64,000 nucleotides of DNA from Flavobacteriaceae bacterium (lineage in GTDB: Bacteria > Bacteroidota > Bacteroidia > Flavobacteriales > Flavobacteriaceae): the NCBI GenBank assembly GCA_021648265.1, contig JAKITD010000005.1, forward strand, positions 740-64,739, written 5' to 3'. Shown here one piece after another: positions 20,179 through 28,798 of this stretch. The position numbers and the translations under genes were made by a program. The number at the start of each line of letters is the position of its first letter. The stretch's first letter is position 1. Below the pieces are notes generated by a model. It did no database searches. It saw nothing but the letters and a program-made list of their open reading frames with translations, and had not been told where the DNA came from.

Positions 20179-20877
20179 ATGAATTTTAATTACTCCTATA
20201 AAGCATTTGTGATCACCTTGTTACTTGTAGGAAACCTATATTTAATTTTATACTTTACACAACTTCCTAGTTCTACGGATGTAATTGAGGATGAATACGA
20301 AATTGAATATATTCAGGAAGCTTTATTAGAAGAAAAATTAGCTTCTCTTTCTTCAGAAAAAATTAAAATTGAAACTCATATTGTAAATAATAAAGCGGAA
20401 AATTTTATAAAAGAACTTGAAAACGAAAGGCAAGAAAATCCTGAAACACTTGAAGAAAAACTTTCAGAAATAAACAATGCGATTAGCGATTCGGAAAACA
20501 ATCACGATGCTTATGAAACTACTAACAAAGAAAAATTAAAAAAAATTGACAACAAACCTTCATTTTCTGAAGAAGTAACCAAACATTCTAACAACAAAAA
20601 CACCACTAATAGTTATCGTCTTATCAACCGAAAAGCCACCTATTTTCCAAATCCCGTTTATACTTGTGATGCCTACGGAAAAGTTGTTTTACATATTGAA
20701 GTTAACGCTTTTGGAAAAGTGATATTAGCAACAATCAACGCCAATTCTTCTACAACAAATAATGCCTGTTTATTAGAAAGTGCCATAGATTACGCAAAAA
20801 AAGCTCGTTTTACAAAATCTGAAAACAAGCCTTCACAAATGGGAAGTATTACTTATGTTTTTCCTGGACAAAACTAA
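20179..20877 (+). CDS. TonB-like protein (N-terminal TM anchor, C-terminal TonB-type domain)
   Basis: One TM, charged linker, PNPVYTC..GKVVL.IEVN..GKV..A..C..AIDYA. Confidence 0.6.
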   Translation: MNFNYSYKAFVITLLLVGNLYLILYFTQLPSSTDVIEDEYEIEYIQEALLEEKLASLSSEKIKIETHIVNNKAENFIKELENERQENPETLEEKLSEINNAISDSENNHDAYETTNKEKLKKIDNKPSFSEEVTKHSNNKNTTNSYRLINRKATYFPNPVYTCDAYGKVVLHIEVNAFGKVILATINANSSTTNNACLLESAIDYAKKARFTKSENKPSQMGSITYVFPGQN

Positions 20878-20881
20878 AATT

Positions 20882-22036
20882 TTAATACCCAAAATCGCTT
20901 TTAATTTTATCGGCTTTATCTAGCATTAAATCAATGGTAATAAAATCTACTTCTTCTTTATCATAAGCTCCCTGAAAAATTCGCATTGCTTTTTTAGGCT
21001 CCCCAACTTCTTCATAATATCGCCCTAAATAATAATCGCCTAAAACGGTATCTGGATATTGTTTTTTTGCCATGGTAGCAATTTCTCTAAGAGATTCCCA
21101 TTGTTTCTTTTTTTCAGCAGCTTTGCAAGTTGCAATAAAATCATTCTCCCTAATTGGATTTGTTAACCCAAAAAGATCTTCAATGGTATTATATTTATCT
21201 ATTAAATACTGAGATATTGGTGTTTTTAATTTCAACAGAACATTGGTATATTCCTCTTTACTAATTGGTCGATATATGGAAAACATTTTTTCTAAAGCTG
21301 AAGGAATTGCTCTAGCGACTAAAGAATAATGTGTTGCTCCTTCAAAATTATCGAAATTATAATCGAAGTTATCACTTTTTAATCCTTTTAAGGAAGCATC
21401 AAGCATTTCAGATATTTCTCTCAAATCTTCTATATCATCAGATCCTGTTGCCAAATAATAAAATATTTTTGTTTGAATATGAGGGATTCTTTCAGGAAGT
21501 CGTTCGTCCATAAGTGGTGCTAAATCTGGACTTAACGAGATGTAACCATTAAACAATGGCGGATCTTTAAACATATAATAGTTTATAAAATTTGCAGTAA
21601 AATCATGACCAACGGCTATGGTGAATTTTGCAGTTCGGTAATTTTCATCTATATAAGGGATGAGTTCTAAACCAACAAATTCAAAAAAATCGGCTCCAGA
21701 ATCTGCGGGCATAAAATTAATATCATCATAATTACAATCGTCATAACGGCTATCTCCTTGCATAATTCCAACAACTATAGATTCTGGCATATCTTCCCAA
21801 TAACTAAAATAATCAACATTTCCTGCTACGGGTTCAAAAAGATAATTGGCATCAAAAACCACAACTATCGGATACACTTTTTCTGTGTTTTCTTCATAAT
21901 CTCGAGGGAGCTGAATTTTTAATCTTCTATAAGCATCTAACTTAAAGGATTGAAATTCTTCATAAATTACTTTTGATTGCGCTATAGTACTAAAACTAAA
22001 TAGTAAACAAAATACAGTGACAACAAATTTATTCAT
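20882..22036 (-). CDS. Alpha/beta-hydrolase (esterase-fold) protein with C-terminal TPR-like region
   Basis: LPRDY..YPIVVVFD, GHD elbow, YISLSP, ATHYS; helical C-terminus. Confidence 0.75.
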   Translation of the reverse strand: MNKFVVTVFCLLFSFSTIAQSKVIYEEFQSFKLDAYRRLKIQLPRDYEENTEKVYPIVVVFDANYLFEPVAGNVDYFSYWEDMPESIVVGIMQGDSRYDDCNYDDINFMPADSGADFFEFVGLELIPYIDENYRTAKFTIAVGHDFTANFINYYMFKDPPLFNGYISLSPDLAPLMDERLPERIPHIQTKIFYYLATGSDDIEDLREISEMLDASLKGLKSDNFDYNFDNFEGATHYSLVARAIPSALEKMFSIYRPISKEEYTNVLLKLKTPISQYLIDKYNTIEDLFGLTNPIRENDFIATCKAAEKKKQWESLREIATMAKKQYPDTVLGDYYLGRYYEEVGEPKKAMRIFQGAYDKEEVDFITIDLMLDKADKIKSDFGY

Positions 22037-22104
22037 AGGTTATATATTTATTTCTGAAAGATAACGTTTTTAAAAAATTTATATTTTCAAAAATATAAAA
22101 ATAG

Positions 22105-23067
22105 TTATTTTTCTTTGTTATAAAAAGGAAGCAATAACAATGAGAGTCCACCAAAAAAGATGATTGATGCAATGTTTGATGTCCAAACAATCCAACCAAA
22201 AGCAGTACCTACTGTTTCTGAAATACTAAAAACTGCTAAAATTCCAGCAACGAAAAACGGGTACGATCCAAAACCACTATTGGTAAATGCAAACGAAAAA
22301 CTCCCAACAACAAAAGTAATAATTAGAACTGAAAATGTTATGGAAGACGTTTCCTCCAATGCAAAAGTTGCTATATAAAATGAAAGCAAATACAATCCCC
22401 AAATTAAGAATGACTGAATAATAAACGGAATTTTATTTTCCATAATTGCCACACTTAAAATCCCTTCTTTAAGTCCTGAAACAAATGTTTTAATTTTTTT
22501 AGATATTGAAGATTTAGAATACTTTAAAAAAACTAAAAATAGCAGAAACAATAGCAAAGCAATTCCTACTAAACTATATAGTTTTGAAAGTGGTAGTTTG
22601 TTTAATAAAAACTCAGAGAGCTTATCAAACTGAAGTGATAACGCTACTGCTGTAAACACAAATAGAAAAAGTAAATCTACGATTCTTTCAGAAATTATGG
22701 TTCCGAAAGCCTTATCAAATGGCACCTTTTCATATTTATTAATAATCACCGCTCTAGAAATTTCACCGCTTTTAGGAATAAAAAGGTTCATAATATAAGC
22801 AACATAAACTGCCATAAAATTATTGGCTATTTTGGGTTGAAAACCTAAAGGAGCTAACATATAGTTCCATCGATATGCCCTAAAAAAATGACTTAATAAG
22901 CTAAAGAAAACGGAAAGAGCAACAATTTTATAATCCGCTTTTTTAAAATAAAAAGAGATTTCTTCTAATTGATTTGGGCTAAATTTTGAGTAGGAATAAT
23001 AAATTAAAAAAAAACCAAGACCAAGAGGAATCGCTATTTTCAGAAATTTTATAAATGACTTGTTCAA
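22105..23067 (-). CDS. Lysylphosphatidylglycerol-synthase TM region / UPF0104 flippase-like protein
   Basis: RAYRW, PKSGEISRA, GTIISERIVD, multi-TM. Confidence 0.8.
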   Translation of the reverse strand: MNKSFIKFLKIAIPLGLGFFLIYYSYSKFSPNQLEEISFYFKKADYKIVALSVFFSLLSHFFRAYRWNYMLAPLGFQPKIANNFMAVYVAYIMNLFIPKSGEISRAVIINKYEKVPFDKAFGTIISERIVDLLFLFVFTAVALSLQFDKLSEFLLNKLPLSKLYSLVGIALLLFLLFLVFLKYSKSSISKKIKTFVSGLKEGILSVAIMENKIPFIIQSFLIWGLYLLSFYIATFALEETSSITFSVLIITFVVGSFSFAFTNSGFGSYPFFVAGILAVFSISETVGTAFGWIVWTSNIASIIFFGGLSLLLLPFYNKEK

Positions 23068-23068
23068 A

Positions 23069-23419
23069 CTAAATAAGTAAGTTATTATCTTCGTTAGGAA
23101 ATACTAATGACGGTTTAAAGTTTTTTGCATCATCAATATACATTATTGCATATGTAATTAAAATTAACACATCGCCAAGTGCAACTTTTCTGGCAGCCGC
23201 GCCATTTAATGTAATTTCTCCACTAGCACGAGGTCCTGGAATTGCGTAGGTTTCTAACCGTTCGCCATTATTATTGTTTACAATTTGAACTTTCTCTCCT
23301 TCAATAATATTTGCAGCATCCATTAAATCCTCATCAATGGTAATACTACCTATGTAATTAAGGTCGGCACCTGTTACTTTTACTCTGTGAATTTTTGATT
23401 TTACTACGTGAATTTGCAT
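23069..23419 (-). CDS. panD: Aspartate 1-decarboxylase
   Basis: [14 protein letters not shown] self-cleavage site, NGAAAR. Confidence 0.97.
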   Translation of the reverse strand: MQIHVVKSKIHRVKVTGADLNYIGSITIDEDLMDAANIIEGEKVQIVNNNNGERLETYAIPGPRASGEITLNGAAARKVALGDVLILITYAIMYIDDAKNFKPSLVFPNEDNNLLI

Positions 23420-23431
23420 TGGCCAAAGGTA

Positions 23432-24280
23432 TTAATTTAATGCCATATTATCTATTAATCGAACACCATCTATAAAGCTTGCAATAAAAGCACGATATTT
23501 TGTGTTTTTCTTTTTGTCTAAAGCTGTTTTAAGTGTTGAAACATCTGCAATTTCAAAATATTCAAGCGATAATACATCGTTGTTATTGAATTTATTTTTA
23601 ACTAATAAATTTAATTCTGAAATAGATAGTTTCTGAAATTTAACTTTCACTTCAGACAATGTTTTATAAATCAAGGTTGCTTCATTCAAGGCTTCAATAT
23701 CCAACCGTTTGTTCCTTGAGCTCATTGCAAGTCCACTGGCTTCTCTCACAATAGGGCATCCAATAATTTTTACTGGTAAATTTTCAATTTCTACAAGCTT
23801 TTTTACAATTTGTAATTGCTGAAAATCTTTTTCTCCAAAATAAGCTTTATTAGGCTTAACTGTTCTAAAAAAAATATTTAAAACGGTTCCAACACCATCA
23901 AAATGACCTTGACGATGCTTGCCTTCCATCTCATTTTCAATACCAGAAAAATCATATTTTTTAGAAATTATTTGATCTTGATATAAGTCGGAAGCATTGG
24001 GTAAAAAAACAAAGATGTTTCCTTTTACATTTTTTAAAAGAGCAATATCTCCTTCTATAGTTCTAGGGTATTTTTCTAAATCTTTAGCATTATTAAACTG
24101 TGTTGGGTTCACAAAAATACTCACTACTACACATTCATTTTCTTTACAAGCCTGTTCAACTAAGGATACATGACCTTTATGTAAAGCTCCCATAGTTGGC
24201 ACAAAACCAATACTTTTACAGTCTTTTAAAAAAGGTAAAAGTTCTTTTTGTAACGACTCAATTGAATTATGAATTTTCAT
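23432..24280 (-). CDS. panC: Pantoate--beta-alanine ligase
   Basis: PTMGALHKGH, FVNPTQF, FGEKDFQQ, GLAMSSRN. Confidence 0.97.
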   Translation of the reverse strand: MKIHNSIESLQKELLPFLKDCKSIGFVPTMGALHKGHVSLVEQACKENECVVVSIFVNPTQFNNAKDLEKYPRTIEGDIALLKNVKGNIFVFLPNASDLYQDQIISKKYDFSGIENEMEGKHRQGHFDGVGTVLNIFFRTVKPNKAYFGEKDFQQLQIVKKLVEIENLPVKIIGCPIVREASGLAMSSRNKRLDIEALNEATLIYKTLSEVKVKFQKLSISELNLLVKNKFNNNDVLSLEYFEIADVSTLKTALDKKKNTKYRAFIASFIDGVRLIDNMALN

Positions 24281-24339
24281 TAAAAATTATTTTAAGGCAG
24301 TAAAAATAATATATTAAAGTTAGTCTGCATAAATTTTCG

Positions 24340-24347
24340 TAATTTTG
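24340..24347 (+). promoter_or_regulatory. -7 promoter box upstream of the GT5-like/DUF4270/glmS operon
   Basis: TAATTTTG about 33 nt upstream of the ATG. Confidence 0.5.
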
Positions 24348-24379
24348 CATGTTTTTAAGCATCACGAAAAGTATAATTT

Positions 24380-25189
24380 ATGAAAGATAAGAGAGTCTTA
24401 TATGTGTCTTCAGAAGTAATTCCTTATTTACCTGAGACCGAGATTTCTTCAATGTCGTTTGAAGCGCCTCGAATGGTTAATAGTAAAAAGGGGCAAATTA
24501 GAATATTTATGCCTCGTTTTGGAAACATAAACGAACGCAGACACCAACTTCACGAAGTAATTCGCCTATCTGGTATGAACTTGGTTATTAACGACATGGA
24601 TATGCCTCTTATTATAAAGGTAGCTTCCATACCCAAAGAACGGATGCAGGTTTATTTTATTGATAATGAAGAGTATTTTAAACGAAAAGCAACCTATGCT
24701 GACGAAAACGGAAACTTTTTTAAAGATAATGATGAAAGAGCAATTTTCTTTGCAAAAGGTGTTATCGAAACTGTAAAAAAACTAAACTGGTCTCCAGACA
24801 TTATTCATGTACACGGTTGGCTTGCTTCTTTCTTACCATTATATCTTAGAACATATTACGATAAAGATCCTCTTTTTGAAAACAGTAAAATCATTACTTC
24901 CGTTTACAAACAAGGGTTTGAAGGTCAATTAAATAAAAAGGTGATTGACAAACTAACTTTTGACGGAATAGCCAAAGAACATCTTAATGAGTTAAAAGAT
25001 CCCAACTATACCAATTTAATGAAGTTGGCAATAAAATATTCAGACGCTATAATTATTGGTTCTGAAGATATTCCTGAAGATTTACAAGATTATCTTAATG
25101 AACTCGAAATACCAATGTTAAAGTATCATAAAAAAGAAGGAGTTTCTCCTGCTTATTTAGATTTTTACCTTTCAAAAGTATTATCATAA
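24380..25189 (+). CDS. Glycogen/starch-synthase-like protein, N-terminal GT5 domain only
   Basis: RVLYVSSEVIPY, RIFMPRFG, YFIDN, PDIIHVHGW, AIKYSDAII; 269 aa. Confidence 0.8.
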   Translation: MKDKRVLYVSSEVIPYLPETEISSMSFEAPRMVNSKKGQIRIFMPRFGNINERRHQLHEVIRLSGMNLVINDMDMPLIIKVASIPKERMQVYFIDNEEYFKRKATYADENGNFFKDNDERAIFFAKGVIETVKKLNWSPDIIHVHGWLASFLPLYLRTYYDKDPLFENSKIITSVYKQGFEGQLNKKVIDKLTFDGIAKEHLNELKDPNYTNLMKLAIKYSDAIIIGSEDIPEDLQDYLNELEIPMLKYHKKEGVSPAYLDFYLSKVLS

Positions 25190-25211
25190 ATACACACATT
25201 TTTATTTTATT

Positions 25212-26834
25212 ATGAAAACACAAAGTACTTTGCCTAAAATAATGGCAATATTATTTTTTATTATAGCTATCGCCTCTTGCGATGAAGATTTCAATACCAT
25301 CGGAACAGATATTATTGGTAATGAAAACCTTCTAACACAATTAGATGACACTCAAAAAGTTATTTCTTATAGTCAAAAACTAGATCCTGTTCAAACAAAT
25401 CTAATATCTGTATATCAATTAGGAATATACAATGACCCAGTTTACGGAAAATCTTCTGTAAATTTTATTACACAATTACTTTTAGAAGAAACCGACCCAA
25501 CATTTGGAGATACTTTAGGACAACCACTAGACCTTACAAGTGTTATATTGTACTTGCCTTATTTTAGCGAAGCAACCCTAGGAGAAGACGAAACTACTTA
25601 TGAATTAGATTCGATATTTGGAGATACCCCAATTAAAATAACAATATACGAATCCAATTTTTTTTTAAGAGATTTCGACCCGAATTCAAATTTTGAAGAC
25701 CCACAACTTTATTATTCCAATCAAGGTCCAAATTTTGAAAGTTTTTTAGGGGAAGAATTAATAGTCTTAGAAGATTTTAAACCAAGTAATGAAGGGTTTG
25801 TTCTTATTGACGGAGAAGGTGACGAAGAAGTAAAAACTTTAATCGCACCAGGAATACGTGTAGAACTTCCCATCGATTTTTTTAAAGAAAAAATATTAGA
25901 CAAAGAAGGAAGCCCAGAAATTAATAACAATAATAATTTTAAAGAATATTTTAGAGGAATCTATTTTAAGGTTGAATCAACCAACAACGATGGAAATATT
26001 TTTATTTTTAGTCCAGAAGAAGCCAATATTACCCTTAATTACAATTATGACAGGCTTAAAGTAAATGACCAAGGAGATCCAATATTAGACGATAATGGAG
26101 ATGAAATTATTGATGTAATTGAAGACGAATACATACTTAATATTGGCGGTGTTAAACTAAACACTTTCACTAACGAATTAACACCAAATATAATTTCAGA
26201 ACTTGAAAATCCAAACACCATAGACGGGGAGGATTTATTATACGTAAGAGGTGGTGACGGAATTATTACAGTTATCAACTTATTTGGCGACGATCTTGAT
26301 AATGACGGCGTTGCAGATGATCTTGAAGATTTGCGAGAAAAAAAATGGATTATCAACGATGCTAACTTAGTGTTTTACGTTAACCAAAACATGGTTTCAG
26401 GAGGAAATTCAGAACCAGAGAGACTTATAATTTACAATCTTGACAATAATAAAGTTTTAGCAGATTACTTTTTAGACCCTACTTTAGGTAACCCACCAAA
26501 TGATGCACTAACAACCCATCTTGGCAAACTTAAAAGAAACAGTGATGGCAATGGAGAATACTACAAAATAAGAATAACAAGCCACTTAAGTAATGTTATT
26601 AACAAAGACTCTATCAACGCTCCTTTAGGTTTAATAGTTTCTCAAAATGTGCTATTAAGTGGATTTCAAGCAATTGATAGCTTAACAAACCCTAATGCCA
26701 CTTTACCTAGAATAAAAGTTGTTCCGGGAAGTAGCTTAATCTCTCCAAAAGGAACTGTTTTGTACGGTAACAACACGGTTAATCAAGACAAAAAACTTAA
26801 ATTAGAAATACATTATATAGACCCTAATAACTAA
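25212..26834 (+). CDS. DUF4270-like lipoprotein
   Basis: Lipobox IASC, LGIYNDPVYG, FRGIYFK, KLKLEIHY; between GT5-like gene and glmS. Confidence 0.75.
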   Translation: MKTQSTLPKIMAILFFIIAIASCDEDFNTIGTDIIGNENLLTQLDDTQKVISYSQKLDPVQTNLISVYQLGIYNDPVYGKSSVNFITQLLLEETDPTFGDTLGQPLDLTSVILYLPYFSEATLGEDETTYELDSIFGDTPIKITIYESNFFLRDFDPNSNFEDPQLYYSNQGPNFESFLGEELIVLEDFKPSNEGFVLIDGEGDEEVKTLIAPGIRVELPIDFFKEKILDKEGSPEINNNNNFKEYFRGIYFKVESTNNDGNIFIFSPEEANITLNYNYDRLKVNDQGDPILDDNGDEIIDVIEDEYILNIGGVKLNTFTNELTPNIISELENPNTIDGEDLLYVRGGDGIITVINLFGDDLDNDGVADDLEDLREKKWIINDANLVFYVNQNMVSGGNSEPERLIIYNLDNNKVLADYFLDPTLGNPPNDALTTHLGKLKRNSDGNGEYYKIRITSHLSNVINKDSINAPLGLIVSQNVLLSGFQAIDSLTNPNATLPRIKVVPGSSLISPKGTVLYGNNTVNQDKKLKLEIHYIDPNN

Positions 26835-26844
26835 AAATATCCTT

Positions 26845-28692
26845 ATGTGTGGAATCGTTGGCTATATTGGCAAAAGAGATGCTTATCCTATAATATTAAA
26901 CGGATTAAAACGCCTAGAATACAGAGGTTACGATAGTGCTGGAATTGCCTTGTATGATGGCTCAGAAATTCAACTTTGCAAAACAAAAGGTAAAGTTGCT
27001 GATTTAGAAGCAAAAGTTTCTAAAGAAATGCCTACCAAAGGTAATTTAGGAATTGGTCATACCCGTTGGGCAACACATGGAATTCCAAACGATGTTAATT
27101 CGCATCCACATTTTTCTAATAGTGGCAATTTAGTAATAATTCATAACGGAATTATAGAAAACTACACTTCTATTAAAAAAGAATTAATTAATCGTGGTTA
27201 TATTTTTTATTCAGATACTGATACTGAGGTTCTAGTAAACCTTATTGAAGACGTAAAGAAAAATGAAAATGTAAAACTTGGAAAAGCTGTTCAAATTGCT
27301 TTAAATCAAGTTGTAGGAGCGTATGCAATTGCAGTTTATGATAAAAACAAACCCGACGAAATAGTGGTTGCAAAATTAGGTAGTCCACTAGCTATTGGTA
27401 TTGGCGATGACGAGTTTTTTATAGCGAGTGATGCTTCTCCTTTTATTGAATTCACTAATAATGCTATTTATTTAGAAGATGAAGAAATGGCAATTATTCG
27501 TTTAGGACGAGAAATTAATATAAGAAAAATTAAAGATGATAGTCTAGTTGCTCCTTACATACAAGAACTTCAATTAAACCTTGAACAAATTGAAAAAGGT
27601 GGTTACGATCACTTTATGTTGAAAGAAATTTACGAACAACCGTCTGTTATTCAAGATACATTCCGAGGAAGACTACTTGCAGACAAAGGTATTATTCGTC
27701 TAGGTGGACTTGAAGATTATATAGAAAAATTTGTAAATGCAGATAGAATAATAATTGTTGCATGCGGAACCTCATGGCACGCAGGATTAGTAGCAGAATA
27801 TATTTTTGAAGATTGGGCAAGAATTCCTGTAGAAGTAGAATATGCCTCAGAATTTAGATATCGAAATCCTGTAATTACAGAAAAAGATGTTGTTATTGCA
27901 ATTTCGCAAAGTGGTGAAACAGCAGATACTCTTGCCGCTGTAAAACTTGCAAAAGAAAAAGGTGCATTTGTTTATGGAATCTGTAATGTGGTTGGCTCAA
28001 CAATTTCAAGAGCAACCCATAGTGGCACTTATACTCACGCTGGACCAGAAATTGGTGTTGCTTCAACCAAAGCATTTACTACACAAATTACGGTACTAAC
28101 CATGATTGCCTTAAAATTAGCAAAAGTAAAAGGCACTATTTCACAAAGTGACTATATGTTACATTTAAGAGAATTAGATTTAATTCCTTCAAAGGTAAGT
28201 ACAGCATTAGATAAAAATGATTCCATAATAGAAATTGCAAAAATATTTAAAGATGCTACTAATTTCCTTTATTTAGGAAGGGGTTATAACTTTCCAGTAG
28301 CACTTGAGGGCGCATTAAAACTAAAAGAAATATCATACATTCACGCAGAAGGGTATCCAGCTGCCGAAATGAAACACGGACCAATTGCCCTAATAGACGA
28401 ACAAATGCCAATAGTAGTAATTGCAGTAAACAGCAATCATTACGACAAAGTAGTAAGTAATATTCAAGAAATTAAATCTAGAAAAGGTAAAATTATTGCA
28501 GTTGTCACCGAAGGCGATACAATTGTAAGAGAATTGGCAGATTATATAATGGAAGTTCCTTACACTCCCGAAACCCTATCCCCTTTAGTAACAACAATCC
28601 CCTTACAACTATTGTCTTATCACATTGCATTAATGTTAAAAAGAAATGTAGACCAACCTAGAAACCTAGCAAAAGCAGTTACAGTAGAATAA
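26845..28692 (+). CDS. glmS: Glutamine--fructose-6-phosphate aminotransferase
   Basis: MCGIVG, EYRGYDSAG, GHTRWATHG, PRNLAKAVTVE. Confidence 0.98.
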   Translation: MCGIVGYIGKRDAYPIILNGLKRLEYRGYDSAGIALYDGSEIQLCKTKGKVADLEAKVSKEMPTKGNLGIGHTRWATHGIPNDVNSHPHFSNSGNLVIIHNGIIENYTSIKKELINRGYIFYSDTDTEVLVNLIEDVKKNENVKLGKAVQIALNQVVGAYAIAVYDKNKPDEIVVAKLGSPLAIGIGDDEFFIASDASPFIEFTNNAIYLEDEEMAIIRLGREINIRKIKDDSLVAPYIQELQLNLEQIEKGGYDHFMLKEIYEQPSVIQDTFRGRLLADKGIIRLGGLEDYIEKFVNADRIIIVACGTSWHAGLVAEYIFEDWARIPVEVEYASEFRYRNPVITEKDVVIAISQSGETADTLAAVKLAKEKGAFVYGICNVVGSTISRATHSGTYTHAGPEIGVASTKAFTTQITVLTMIALKLAKVKGTISQSDYMLHLRELDLIPSKVSTALDKNDSIIEIAKIFKDATNFLYLGRGYNFPVALEGALKLKEISYIHAEGYPAAEMKHGPIALIDEQMPIVVIAVNSNHYDKVVSNIQEIKSRKGKIIAVVTEGDTIVRELADYIMEVPYTPETLSPLVTTIPLQLLSYHIALMLKRNVDQPRNLAKAVTVE

Positions 28693-28798
28693 TATACTAA
28701 GACTAAATAATATTTTAATCTTCATTTTTTTTTGTCAAGCCTTTTATTAAAGTTAAATTTCCGTATATTTCGGCTTTAAAACCAATTCAAATATAAAT

